Origin: an uncultured Planctomycetia bacterium
GTDB taxonomy: Bacteria > Omnitrophota > Gorgyraeia > CAYWPX01
NCBI GenBank assembly: GCA_964460615.1
Contig: CAYWPX010000004.1
Coordinates: 19,116 to 83,115 of the forward strand
Direction: 5' to 3'
DNA: 64,000 nucleotides
Made by a program: the position numbers and the translations under genes. The notes under the pieces were generated by a model, which saw only the letters and a list, made by a program, of their open reading frames with translations, did no database searches and was not told the origin of the DNA. Below are positions 34,779 to 48,700 of this stretch, one piece after another. How positions within the stretch are numbered: the stretch's first letter is position 1; every line of letters starts with the position of its first letter.

Positions 34779-36569
34779 TTAAATAGACTCCGCAACTCGC
34801 ATTATTTCACTGATCGTCGTAATACCTTCGAGGACTTTTTCATAGCCGTCCTCTTTAAGGGTCCTCATACCGTTTTTCTTTGCAACCTCTTCTATCTGAT
34901 AAGCGGCCGCCTGTTTTAAGACAAGCTCTTTAATATCTTCATCCACGGTAAGAAGTTCATAAATACCGATCCTGCCTTTGTAGCCTTTATTCTTACACTC
35001 CGGGCAGCCGGTCTCTTTGTATAGCATGGTATTTTTGTTTAATTTTCTTCCAAGGTTTTTTTCCAGAAACTCTATTTCTTCATCCTTGGGTTTATACTCT
35101 TTTCTGCATTTAAAGCAGAGTTTCCTTATAAGCCTCTGCGCCACAACTCCTGTGAGGCTTGAAGAGATCAAAAACGGCTCTATACCCATATTCAATAATC
35201 TGGTCACAGCACTTGAAGCATTATTGGTATGAAGTGTTGAAAAAACAAGGTGCCCCGTAAGAGCGGCATGTATGGAGATCTCTGCTGTTTCTACGTCTCT
35301 TATCTCGCCTATCATTATTATGTCCGGGTCCTGCCTAAGGATACTCCTGAGTCCATTGGCAAATGTAAGCCCGGCCTTTGGATTTATCTGAGACTGCCTG
35401 ATCCTTGAAATAACATATTCAACGGGATCTTCGAGGGTAATAATATTTTTATTAACTTCATTGATATCATTTAAAACGCCGTAAAGAGTTGTTGTCTTGC
35501 CGGAGCCGGTAGGCCCAGTGACAAGCATAATCCCAAAAGGCTTCCTGATCATCTCTTTTAATTTTTTAAGGGCTGCCTGCGAAAAACCCAGATCCTCAAG
35601 CCTGTAAAACCCAGATGTTTTATCGAGGATCCTGATGGAAATATTCTCTCCATATATCGTCGGAAAACTTGATATCCTGAGGTCTATCTTTTTATCTCCG
35701 ACAACCATATTAATACGGCCGTCCTGCGGAAGGCGGCGCTCTGTTATGTCCATCTCCGCCATGATCTTAATCCTTGATATAATTGCGGCTTCAAGTTTTT
35801 TTGGGACAGGCTCAAAAACAGAATCATATAAAACTCCGTCGACTCGGTAACGAATATAAAAATTGTGCTCATCCGGCTCTAGGTGTATATCGGATGCCTT
35901 TGATTCTACGGCGTCATTTATAAGTTTGTTGACTGTATTTATGATCGAAGGTTGTATTGCTTCTTTGATCGCCTCTTCGTCTCTGGGGCTTGGTGGAGCC
36001 GCTTTTTTTCTATCGGCCTGGCCTTGAACAAAATGTTTCTCCAGAGAAACTTTTTCTTCCGGCATGGCGGCTCCGCCGCCGACACCGCGCTCAAGTCCCA
36101 TAAAATCTCTTTTTGAGTCGGTGGAAACTTTTGCTTTGTAATATTTTTCTATGGAATTTTTTATTGAAGTCGGAGTTGCAAATATCGGCCGGATAGTCAT
36201 GCCGGTTGCGCGCCTTACCTCATCTATTGCGTCAACATCCAAAGGATTGACCATGGCAACAGTAAGAGCATCGCCAATAATATAAACGGGCATAATACTA
36301 TGTTTTGAAACTAATTCAAATGGTATTTTCGATAAGCAGTCTTTATCGATCTCGTATGAGGAAAGGTCTATGTAAGGGTAACCGATCTGTTCAGAGAGGG
36401 CTATTCCGATGTCTTCCTCGCCGACAAAACCGAGTTTCATAAGTATGGAAGCGAGTTTTTTGCCGGTTCTCTTTTGCTCTTCTAAAGCAATATTGAGCTG
36501 GTCACGGCTTATTATGCCTTTTTTTACCAGTATCTCACCAATCAGTGGTCTGCCGAATTCCTGGTCCAA
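34779..36569 (-). CDS. pilB: Type IV pilus assembly / T2SS ATPase PilB/GspE
   Basis: N-terminal T2SSE_N domain. Walker A GPTGSGKTTTLY, Asp box, His box. Tetracysteine motif CFKCRKEY...CPECKNKGYKGRIGIYELL. 596 aa. Confidence 0.9.
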   Translation of the reverse strand: MDQEFGRPLIGEILVKKGIISRDQLNIALEEQKRTGKKLASILMKLGFVGEEDIGIALSEQIGYPYIDLSSYEIDKDCLSKIPFELVSKHSIMPVYIIGDALTVAMVNPLDVDAIDEVRRATGMTIRPIFATPTSIKNSIEKYYKAKVSTDSKRDFMGLERGVGGGAAMPEEKVSLEKHFVQGQADRKKAAPPSPRDEEAIKEAIQPSIINTVNKLINDAVESKASDIHLEPDEHNFYIRYRVDGVLYDSVFEPVPKKLEAAIISRIKIMAEMDITERRLPQDGRINMVVGDKKIDLRISSFPTIYGENISIRILDKTSGFYRLEDLGFSQAALKKLKEMIRKPFGIMLVTGPTGSGKTTTLYGVLNDINEVNKNIITLEDPVEYVISRIRQSQINPKAGLTFANGLRSILRQDPDIIMIGEIRDVETAEISIHAALTGHLVFSTLHTNNASSAVTRLLNMGIEPFLISSSLTGVVAQRLIRKLCFKCRKEYKPKDEEIEFLEKNLGRKLNKNTMLYKETGCPECKNKGYKGRIGIYELLTVDEDIKELVLKQAAAYQIEEVAKKNGMRTLKEDGYEKVLEGITTISEIMRVAESI

Positions 36570-36731
36570 GATATATCCTTATCTAATTGTAATTATAATA
36601 TAAATATAATTAATTAAATTATTTAATTAAGTGGATATAGTAATCCAATATAAAAAACTTTGTTTAAATTCCACTAACTATTGTTAGGATATCATAATAA
36701 ATAATTATTTTCAAGCTATTAATTCATATTT

Positions 36732-36775
36732 AAAAAAAATTGCCCTGACAATTATGGCAGGGCAATGATTTTTCA
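36732..36775 (-). terminator. Rho-independent terminator after the giant gene
   Basis: An 8-bp stem ttgccctg/cagggcaa with a 10-nt loop. On the minus strand it is followed by T8 (plus-strand A8 at 36732-36739). It lies 20-60 nt downstream of the stop at 36795. Confidence 0.7.
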
Positions 36776-36794
36776 AGCATCTTAATATTTATTA

Positions 36795-39700
36795 TTACTC
36801 TGAATCTAACTTATCTTGGCTGTTATCTTTTTGGAACATATTCTTTTCTTTATCCATGCCCTCTTTTGGTGTTGTAGCCTGAGGCGTAACCTGCTGCGGC
36901 TGAGGAGCAAGTTGCTGCGGCTGAGGCGCAATGGACTTAACTGGGCTAGTGCTTATAGAAGGTGTAACTATAGTTTTCACTTTTGGCGCTATCATTGGCC
37001 TTACTTCTCTCCACATCCTTACATTTACTCCCGCGCCTTTTACGGTTCCGAATGTCACTGTCCCTGGCACGCTTAATAATAGAGGAGTCGATGTAGGCGT
37101 AATGGTCACTACCTCGCCCTGTGTGTCCCTGACGATAAATTTGGCTACACCGTTCATAATAATCACAGGCTTCGTCACCGCTTCTGATGTTGAAGATGCA
37201 TCATCGATTGCCTCACTAAGCGAAATTGTAAACCTAGTTGAACTATCCTGGGTTATTATATTACCGCTTGAATCGACTATTTGAACATCTACCTCTTTGG
37301 CACCAACAGGAGAAGTAGTCGAAATGATCTTTATAGTTCCCTGCCTGATTGTAAAATTACCTGAGCCGGTTACAGAATTATTAATCCTATCCTGAACGGT
37401 AAATGTCTTTAATTCTTCGCTGGAACCTTTAAGGCCGACAAACTTATGCAAGCCCAGATCACTAGCGCTAAATGTATAGGACGCCGGCAAGCCAAAGCTG
37501 GTATCTGATATCCCGACAGTCCCGGAATAATTACCTATCTTGGCGCCGTTATAATCAAGTGCGACTAAATCCATATTGAACGGTTCATTTACATAGTAGA
37601 AATTCCTTGATGCTAGCGGCCTGGATAAACTGATGGCAAAATTATTCGGGTTGAAGGTTATGATTTGCGAAATACCCTTTTTCGTCGCATCGGTTCCGTC
37701 GGAAGCTACAATCCTGATTGCGCCCCATTTATTGTAGGTAACTCCTGAGAGCCTGGCTAAGCCGTTATTAAAATCTGCATCACTGAGAACGGCTTTTGAT
37801 AGTGTGCCCTGTTGGTTAGTTGACGGCGTTACATACTGAATAGCGAGGTTCGCGGGACCTGCATAATTGGGCGTTACCCCTCCGGAAGCGGATCTGGCGG
37901 CAACATCAATACTGAACGGCCTATTAACAGTCTGGCTGGTACCGGTTACGCTTGAAGAACTACCGGTTGAAGTTGCGGTCGATGAAGCATTGGAAGTAGT
38001 TGACGCGTTATACGCTGAGGTAGTAACGACAAAATCATACGGGATAAATGCGATATTACCCGATTCCCCTTCGATCGTCGGATCTGTACTTTGGGCGGCT
38101 TTGATCACAATTGTCCCGCAATCATTATATTTGGCATTAACTGTCGCCACTCCATTTGACCATGAAGAATGAGACTCAGGAGTTAAAGTCTTAGTTCCGC
38201 TATCCGGAGTAACATAAGTTGTCGCAAGATTTATCTCTTCGGAATAATTTGTTATGGTTACATTGTCAGCGCCTTTGGCTGTAATGGTAATTTCAAATTC
38301 AACGCCACTAACCTGCTGGCTCGAGGCTGAAACAATGAAACTCCCGAGCCTGAAAGTATCCGCGGCAATATTTTCGACCTGATCTATAACTGTTTCATTA
38401 TTGTCTGGGAGTTTTATATAAATACTGTAGGTACCGTCACTGCCAACTGAAATTGGATTCATAATGCTGGTTAATGTGAGCCTTTCGGTCCCGGAAGATT
38501 CCAGAGACCCACTACTTCTAACGATCCTTACTGTTGTAGTGCTTGGGTTAGAAACAACAAGATCACCGTCTATCGTTGACGAACTAACTGAGGTTGTGCC
38601 TTTTGAATTAAGGGTAAAGGAACTTGAAAACACAACATCTATTATAGCGTTTGAAGGCAGCTGCTTTGAGGTAGTAAAATCTACCATCACTTCACCCGTC
38701 GAACCGGCTACAAGGCTTGCCGGCTGGACATTGGCGGTAGAGATGGTATCGCCGGTTACGGGAACCTTATACCAATTTATGCATCCTGTAACATTTGTAG
38801 AATTTTTGACATAAACCGGTATGTTTGATATGCCGCCTGTAACAGTAAGATAATCGTAACTAAGATACTCGACTCCTGATTTTGTAAAATTAATAGACCA
38901 AGTCCCGGCACTTGAAGAGGATTGCAAAGTTATAATGCCTGTACTTGAAGAAGCTAGAGTCAGGTCGCTGGCAATAATCTGCGTTGAGCTATCGGCAAAC
39001 GATAATTTTTTCCCGCCTGTTGTACAGTTAAGATTGTAGAACGTATTATCACCCGATATTTCGGAATCCATAGTAGAATAGAAACTTACCGTTCCGGATG
39101 AATTGACAAACTGGCCCAGATCATTTGTGAAATTACCTTTTAAAGTGAATGACTTTGATGCCGCCGGAGCCACAAAGCGGCCGTTAAAATACATATTATT
39201 TTTTATATCGAGATTACTATTAGTAAACACAGCTTCTGATGCCGTCCCTATTGAGAAGCTGCCGCCTATAACCGTACTACCGGTGCCTGATATAATTTTA
39301 CCTCCGTTACGGATATTGAGATCCCCGACAACATTTACATTATGGTTTCCAAAATTAATTGTCCCCGAGTAATTATTTATTTCCATGGACACCAGGGTGA
39401 TATCTACGTCTACATTGCAATCACCAAGGCCTTCGGAACCGAAATAAACCATATCCCCCGCCTCCGGCACAGATAATCCTCCGGAACCGCTTTCATAGTC
39501 AGACCAATTGGCAGCACTGTTCCAGAAAGCTGTATTTTGGGCAACCCAATACCTTTTTACACCAAGAAAAATCCATGGAGGTACTGTATTATTGCCGCCG
39601 TTATTTGAATCACTTGCAGTAATAGTATAATTAGTCCCATCGGGTATTAATACCGCCGAATCTGAAACATTTACACCTGTTACTGAATAGGATTTATTTA

Positions 39701-42700
39701 TTCTTAAATTCCACCTGTCGGTACCGGACCCATCATATCTTGCCAGGGTTATAAGCCCGCCGCCTGTCCCCATAAGGATAAGCTCTCCACCTTCAGCAAT
39801 ACTCTGCGTAGTCCCGGCTTCGAATAAGAAAACCTTCCCAGGCTGATAACAACTAAGGCTAAAGAAATCCGTGCTCCCTCCGACTATACTGGTCCTTGAG
39901 GCATCGATAAATTCTACTGTACTTTGATTGGCAAGGAAGGTCCCGGCATTTTCCCAGTTACCGCCTAAAGTAATATTATAATTATCACTCGTTGTATCAA
40001 GTACGGCTCCGGAGCCTATAGATAACACGTTTTCAACGGTTATATCGGTTGAAAGTTCATAGGTCACATGAGGAGCAGAATCTTTTGAAAGCACAAGTGA
40101 ATAATACTCTGAATCCAATAATGTCTGGTTAATATCGCTTCTTAATTCAAGTATGCTTGAGTTTGTAGTCCAATTTACCGTAGCCGAACTAGTAGCAGGC
40201 TCTCTTGAATATAATCCATTTATAATTATCGTTCCGGACGGTGTGATAACACTATCTTCCTCTATCATCAGATTATATAAAGGAGGCGTTGAAGAAAGAT
40301 TGGCTGTTCCTGACATAAAAAGAGTAGTGGATGAATTATGAGTAAACACCCCGGAGATCGCGACATCATTAGTTGTAATGATAATATTTGTTCCTGTAGC
40401 TATATAAGAACCTGTGGATGTGAACCCAGCTGAAGTAAATCCGCCTGTTGAAGTCCTTAGTGTTCCATTATTTACGATATTTTCAGTCACAGTAAGCAAC
40501 TTATCACCGCAGGTTAAATCCCCATTTGCATTTATAGTAAGGCTCTTTACTGCCCTTCCGACATCAAGTAACGGATTTCTCGAAGCTTGAGCTATAACTA
40601 CATTATCCGTCGTATTCGGCACATAACCGCCATCCCAGTTGGCGCCTAAACCCCAGCCTGTTGAGCTAGAACCTAACCAAGTGATCGTAGATGATGGGAA
40701 AACCCAACGCGGTGATGCAAGTAAATCGTCATTTCCGCTGTCATTTGCCGAATGGTTTGCCGTTATATCAAAACTTGAAGCATTGGAGTCTTTGACTTTT
40801 ACATAGCTTACAATAGTCCCTGACGGAGCGCTTAAAGACCACTGGCTTCCTGCCAAAGTTGAATTAAGAGTTATAAGCTTATTTGCTACTCCTGTTAAAG
40901 ACAAAGAATCCGCAATTGTGTGTGTAACACCGTTTTTAAATTTAAGTACAACTCCTGATGACAGATTGGTAGTATTTACCGATAGCGTATCTGTATAAAG
41001 CGAGTCAAGGAAAGATATGCCGCTTGATGAAGCATTTGTAATACTAATGTCATTAAAACCGTTTAAAGCGCCCCCTGTCGTTATAGACTGGCCAGCTGCG
41101 CCATTAAGCGTAATAGAAGATGTGCCTTTAATAAAGGTATCATTATTTGTCCAGTTGCCACCGACCGAAATATTAGCAGATCCCGCATCAAAAATATTTT
41201 TGTTCCCTGTGTCAGAGCTATAAATCATAACATTCCCTGTTATATTTACTGTAGAATTCCTTGCAATTACTTTTCCGTATTTTAGCGCCCCGTTAGCATG
41301 GCTTAGCGTTAAGCTGCTCATATTTAAATCAAATCCGCCTGTATCAAGGGTAGAGGTCTGGCCGTTACTTTGAGGATACAAAGTAAGAACACCAAAAGTA
41401 CAGCTCCCCTGCATGGTAAGGGTATAAGAGCCCCGCGGGTATATATAGGCACTTCCATATCTGCCGGCGGGGATAATACCGTCGTCTGCAGGATTGAAAG
41501 TAACGTATAGCCCGTCTATATTATATCCGGGGTTTTGATTGTAGCTTCCGACAAAAACAATAGGATTTTCGGCATTTCTTAAATCAAGGATTTTGCCAGG
41601 GTTTAAGACCGTTACCTTATTACCTAAAAAGCTTCCGACTGTAAATGTGCCGTCTATATATGTCCTTCCGGCAATAGTAACCGTCTGGCCTGCCGTAACT
41701 GTATTAAGATTAAATACTGACTTATCATCCCCGGTATTAAAAATAGGCGCTAGGCCTACCAGATTGATCGTTGAACTTCCACAATTAAAATTGCCTGATG
41801 ATGAATTCCAGTTGCCGCCAACCGTAAAGGTCGAAGATGATGCTGAGGCATCAAGTATACCGCTTATTGAAATATTATTACATGCAATGGAGTAATCCGT
41901 AGTCGACGGTCTAACATCAAGAGTTGCTGTTGAATAAATCGAAAGGTTTCCTGTCATTATATTTACGCCTGTCAGATCCCCGCTAAGATTATAAGTCGTA
42001 GCTGAATCCGGGGCAAATGTTAAATTATTATAGCCAAGCGTCGCGACATTAGTAGTGGTACCGGAGCCGGTATAAAAAACCGTTGAACCCGTAGTAGTAA
42101 ATGTCCCGTTTACGCCTTTAGTTAGGGGTGTGCCCGTTCCTGTTACAGCAAGCGTTCCGCTTGTAATATCCATCGCGCCATCAATAACAATATTTGCGCA
42201 GGTCAAATAATCCATCGATGTAAAACTTGCCCCGCTATCGATCGTCAGGGTTCCGGTAATAGCTGTGCCATTATAAACATTTAGAATATAAGACCCGGAG
42301 ATCCTAAGATTATTTAAACTAAACCCGCCTTCATTATAATCGCCTATAAATTTTGATGTGCCGCTAAGAGTAACTGTCCCGCCTGTTGCATTTATGGACC
42401 CATAGTTATCTATACTGCCTGACATATTTAAGTTTGTTGCGCCAAGATCAAGAGTCTTCTCAAGGTCCTGTATAAGATTAAACCCTGAATCTAAGGTTAA
42501 GGTACCTCCTGAATACTGATAAGGTATATCTGTATCTCCAACCGCGTTTCTGTCTACCCTCGTCAGATCTGAAGCTGTAACGGTCTTTTCATACACGGCC
42601 CCCACCTCGCCGACAGTAACTGAATTTTGATAAATATTAAGCCATACAGGATTTGAACTAGGCGCTGATACAACGATCACGCCGCCTGTTTCAACTCCAT

Positions 42701-45700
42701 CTATATTCATAAATCCGCTCAATACATCATTAGCCGCATATGGGTTTACATAAATTGTATAATTTCCACCTGCATCAGTCTGGCCGTCAAATCTTGATAC
42801 GCTATCTGTCAAAGCATAATATACAACTAAAGAAACATTTCTTACACCTGCTAAATTTCCATAGTTTTCATCATATACCCCGCCGGATATAGCTACTACT
42901 GCACCGATACGCCAGTTTATATTATTACCAGCATCGGTGCCATTGGAAACTATAATAACTCCCGAAGTGCAATGCTGGTAGCTTACAGTAGCGTAATCTA
43001 TCGTTACATTTGTAGATGTCCAGTTGCGTTTATTGACATTATCACTTGAAGAAATAACTATATTATTCCCGGATGTACCTTTTATGCTTATCGTCCCCCC
43101 GCCGGAATTATTCATATTCCCACCAAGGTAGAAGAAATTCCCGCCCAAACTTCCCGTCGGATAATTCTGGACGAGTTTTGAACTAGCGGCAGTAAGATTT
43201 ATGTCACCGCCGGTAACAAGGTTTTTGCCGTTAAGGTCAAGTGTAGCGTTGGCATTTATAGTAAGTGAGCCTAACATCGCAGTCCCAAGCGAGAGATTAT
43301 CCGCAAGTTTATAAGTTGTGGCAGTTGCAGGTGTAAGGATAAGGTTATTATATTGAGTAGCAGTGATATTGGTCTGGGTAGTGGACCCTCTATAAATTAC
43401 TGTTGAGCCGGTAGTTGTAAGAGTGCCGCTATTTGTAAAGGGAGTTCCTGTGCCTAAAATAACAAGATTACTATTTGAAATATCGAGCGTTTTACCCGAA
43501 TTAATTGTAAGGTTGGTTACCTTCATACCGCTGCCGGTAGAATCAACGGTTAACGAACCAATTATCGTTACCAATCCCAGATCCTGGGTCGTAGCGTTGG
43601 AATCCTTAAAGGTTTTTCCGGTCCCGTTAAATGTGGTAGTTCGTCCTGCAAGATCCTGCTTTAGCCATGTGGCGCCAGATGCAATAACGACATTACCAGA
43701 AAGAGTCACATTTGGATCCTGGTTAGCCAAATCAAAAATCCCGCTTACAACGGTAAGCGTCCCGGTTACATTTGTAAGTTCTCCTACAACACCGCAACTT
43801 ATACCTGAGGCAGGCTGAATATTTATGGTTCCATAATAACCGTTAGATCCACCGGTCCTGAAATAATTATTAGCCGCGGTAGGAGATAGTGTAAGAGTAG
43901 AATTTTCTCCGTGGAATGTCCCGTAGTTTGAGAAAGTCCCTTTTACAAGCCATGTGGAAGCCCCGGCATTGACAACAACCGACGAGCTATCAATTGTAAA
44001 ATGAGCATTGCCGGAAGAGGTATTACTCCTTAATATAGCATTGTCATGCACCGTGTAAGTGGCTTGAGCCCCGGCTTTTTTATAGAAACGCACTCCTCCA
44101 TTTGCGGGAGTAATTGTAATATTACCTATCGTCCCTGTATCGCCTGAAGAATAGATATCAAGATTCGACCCCTGATCGAGAATAGTACTGGTACTATTTT
44201 GTTTGAAACTTCCCGCTCCGCTTGAATCCCAGTCAGCAACAAGCTGTATTCCGCTGGTTGTAGACGTTAAGTTGGAATTAATATTAAGGTCATTCCCTGC
44301 ATAAAGATAAATATTTGTCCTCGTAATATCCTGGTCAATAGTTAAGTTATTTCTGGTACTAGATAAAACTAAGCTACTCGTTGTCCCGCCTGATATCTTG
44401 GCTGGAGTCCCGCTATATAAATCAGACACTGCTAAACTGGATGTCTGTTTATAACTTAGAGCGCTACCGGCTGGTATTGTAACTGTTTTGCCTGAGGCTA
44501 TGGATATATCACCTGCGCCTGTGTTATTATAGTCAGCATGCAAATACACACTTCCATTAGAGCCATTTAGAGTAATATTGTCGTTTATAATTAGATCTGT
44601 ATTTGCATATAAATAAAGATAACTATAGGCTTTGGTAATAGGGCTATTTATAGTAATAGAACCTGTCATTGATTGAACGGTTAAATATGTGCAACTGGTT
44701 AACTTATCCAAGATCGCAGTATCGAATGTCCAGTTTCCACCTTTTTTCAAATAAGCCGAGGCATTAGACAGACCTCCTGAAGCGCCAAAAAGTATATCGC
44801 CTGCATTATTATTATCATAATCGCAAGTAAAAGTGGGGGCCGTGGAAATTACAGAATTTATTGTAATATTCCCGTTCGAATAAAGATAATAACTTGCCAT
44901 CATCGATAGGGTAAGTGTGCCGTTTATCGTAATATTATCAAGTTCCGTCCCGGGGTTATTATCCGAATAGATATTTGCAGCAGTCATCCACCCTGTCAGA
45001 TTGATGTTATTAATGACCGTTTCATTGCCGGAATATATATTAAGATTATTCTGCGCAACATTGCTAGTTAGCGTACCTGCTGTCTGGTTAAATCTGCCCG
45101 AGCCGTCATTATCATAATCTGCGTAGATAGTTATGCTATAAGTAAACGAATTGTTAATAGTAAGATTGGATGCGAGGTCGAAGTTGTTATTACAATAAAT
45201 ACTATAGTTAGACGTCTTTGTTAATGTCCACGAACCGGATCCGATTATCCTAAGATTATAATATATTGTGCCATCAAAAAATGGCAGGCCATTGTACGTC
45301 CCGCTTCCATCCAATTCAACAGTTCCACTATCGGTATTCATAGGGAAACCTGTTATTATAGTCTGAGCGCCTTCTGCCCTAAGTGTGCCTTGGTTAGTTA
45401 GGTAAAACGCTGCCATGCCTAAAGCATTAATGTCAAGGACTGCCCCTTCGGAAATAGTAACGCGACCGCCGGTAGCGGTATTTAACGCATTCGTAGAAAG
45501 CTGGACACCATCAGCAGTTGTGTTTGAAATAATAACGTTATAGAAAAATGATAACCCGGGTTTAAGGGTCTGTACTTCACTGCCATTAAATGTTACGGTA
45601 GAAGTTCCGTAAGTAAACGTACCGCCATTTGTCCAGTTACCTGCAACTAAAATATTACCGCCCGGATTATACGTTTTCCCGGATATGATATAAACACCTT

Positions 45701-48700
45701 TATCAAAAGTTATATCGTCTCCGTCAGCACTGAATAATATTGCAGGATCTCCTAATTCAGCGGCATTGGCTATGTCAGAATTGGTAATTTCTGTTTTATC
45801 TGCTTCATGCGTCAAGGTTACATAATCCTGAAACATATCCAAACCTGCAATATTTGCTGCGGCGCCCAAGGTAGTCACGGTTGATGCCTCAACATCATCG
45901 CCTGCTACGAAAACATTTACAATATTATTGCCTATATAACCGGATACTTCCATTGTGTAATCGCCGTTAGAAGTGGTTGTCCAGAACGTTGAGCTTGAGC
46001 CATTAATAGAAACCTCAACAACCTTGCTTTCTGTTATCTTTGATCCGCCTATGCCATCATATAAGCTTCCGCTTACTGTATTAATAGCTCCGAACATCCA
46101 GTTGGTGTTATACCCGGCGTCTAAGCCGTTATTTACTCTAATTGTGCCGGAAGTACAATTTTGATAGCTGACCGTTGCATAATCAATTGTAACATTTGTA
46201 CTTGTCCAATTTCGCTGGGTGGTATTGGTAGAGGTAATGATAATATTATTTCCGGATACACCCGATATATTTATCGTCCCGCCTCCCGAATTATTCATAT
46301 TACCGCCGAGGGCTATGGTATTACCACCAAAACTGCCACTCGGGAAATTCTGCTGTAATCTTGCAGTGTTGGCCGCAATATTGATATTCCCGCCTGTAGT
46401 AAGATTTTTGCCGTTTATATCAAACCTTGCATCGGTATTTAAAGTAAGGGTACCTGTCATGGCAGTTGCCCCGGAAAGGTTGCCCGCCAAAATATATGTA
46501 GTAAGGCCTGATGGAGTAAGTGCAAGATTATTATACTGAGTAGCAGTAATATTAGTATCTGTGGTTGTGCCTGTATAAATAACAGTGGAACCGGTTGTTG
46601 TAAATGTCCCTGAATTTGTAAATGGAGTTCCAGTACCAAGAATTGTAAGTGTGGTATTAGAAATATTCAGGGAATTAGCTGGATTAATCGTAAGCGTTGT
46701 TGTTTTCATGCCGCTACCCGTTGAATCAACTGCTACTGAACCATTAATAACGGCATTACCCATATCCAGGGTAGTCGCATTTGAATCCTTAATAATTGTC
46801 CCGGCACCGCTAAAAGTAACTGTATTTGCATTTGTCTGTTTAAGCCATGTCGTACCACTTGCAAGAGTAAAGGTATTACTTGCACCGGCTATTGTAATAT
46901 TAGGATTACCATAAGTTGCATCGACTCCGCCGCTATTTAAAGAAAAATTACCGTTAATCGTAAGCGTGCTTGCTAGTCTAACCCTATTATTTCCGGCAGA
47001 GCCGGTATTGGCTACGACAAAATTATTAAAAGTTGCTACACCTGTAATAATTTGATTGGTAGCCCCGTTAAATGTAATTGTAGAATTCTGCGGAACTATT
47101 GAAGCTCCACCGCTTGAATTTATTTGGAATAATCCTTTAATAAACCAATTGGAACTTCCCATATAGAGCGTTACGCCGTCAAAAAGAGCATTGCCTGTGC
47201 CAGTTCCAGCTGTAGTTATAGTGGCATTATCATAAACGGTATAGCTTACGCTCGAACCTGCTACTCTTCTAAAAAGATACAGATATCCGCTTGAACCGGT
47301 AAGATTTATGTTTCCAACTGTTGCGGCAGTACCTGAAGTATACAAAGACACCTGCCCAACGCTTTGAATAGTAGTTCCCTGCGCCTGCTTAAAAGCGCCT
47401 GCTCCATTACTATCATAATCAGCCTGGAAAACCGTACCACCTGAAGTGGTGCCGGTTAAATTGCTGTTAACAAAAAGATCATTACCTGCATAAACTGCAA
47501 AATATGTTCTTGATAAGACTGAATCCATAGTTATATCATTTTTGGTCGAAGTTAAGATGATATAACCTCCTGTGCCTCCAGAAATTTTTGGAGTTCCGCC
47601 GCCAAAGAGATTTGAAGTGCTTATTGACGAAGCTTGCTTTAATGTCAAGCTTTGGCTTGCGCCAAGAGTAATTTGTTTTCCCGAAGCAATAATTATATCA
47701 CCACTCCCATTGGCTTCATTATCCGCATTAAACACGATTGATCCTGTTGAAGAGCTAAAAGTCAAATTTTCGTTTATATTAATATTATTATTGGTATATA
47801 TATAAATATAAGGATAACCGGTGCTAATGGGAGTATTAATCGTGACTGACCCTGATGGCCCCCTTGTATAAAGGCTGATGCTTGTAACGCTTGATAATTT
47901 GTAGAACATATCCAGATTATCGATAGTCCAGCTTGCCTTTTCAAGAGTTACGCTTGAGCTTGTTATCTGAGAAGAACCCCCAAACATTATGTCGCCAGTA
48001 CCGGTACTATCATAATCCGCCCTGAGAACTGCCCCCATCATAGCCATTGAATTGGTTATAGTTCCATTAAGAGTAATATCTTTATTTGCATATAGGCCCG
48101 GCTCTCCTATTATTGCGCCATTTACAACTATCGAATCATCGGCGGCATTATCAGAATATACCATTAAAGAAGGCCCGGGGTAACTATTTGTCCTTGTATT
48201 ATTCCCCAAAGTCGTGTTACCTGAAGAATAAATATATACGGTTACATAAGGAATCGTTATGGTTCCTGCGGTTTGAGTAAATGTACCGGAACCATTATTG
48301 TCATAGTCAGCGTAAAAATATGCACTTCCCCACTGATACCCGCCAAAAGTGATATTCGAAGCAATATCTAGATTATTATTGGCATAAAAATAATATCCAT
48401 AAGGTATAACGCTAGGTATACTTATTGTCCAGGTACCGGAACCGGAGAATTTTAGATTATAAAAAACCGTCCCAGCCGAAAATGGGAAGGCTGTGTAACT
48501 CCCGCTTCCATCAAGCTCTACGGTCCCGGCATCCGCATTTATTGGCTGATAAGAACCTACTGTCTGGCCGCCTTCCATCCTCAATGTACCGTTATTAGTA
48601 ATATAGTAAGGATAGAAATTTACGGTATTTATATCAAGTACTGCCCCGGCAGAAATTGTAACGCGCCCATTGGATAATGTACTGAGTTGGGTTGTCGAAA

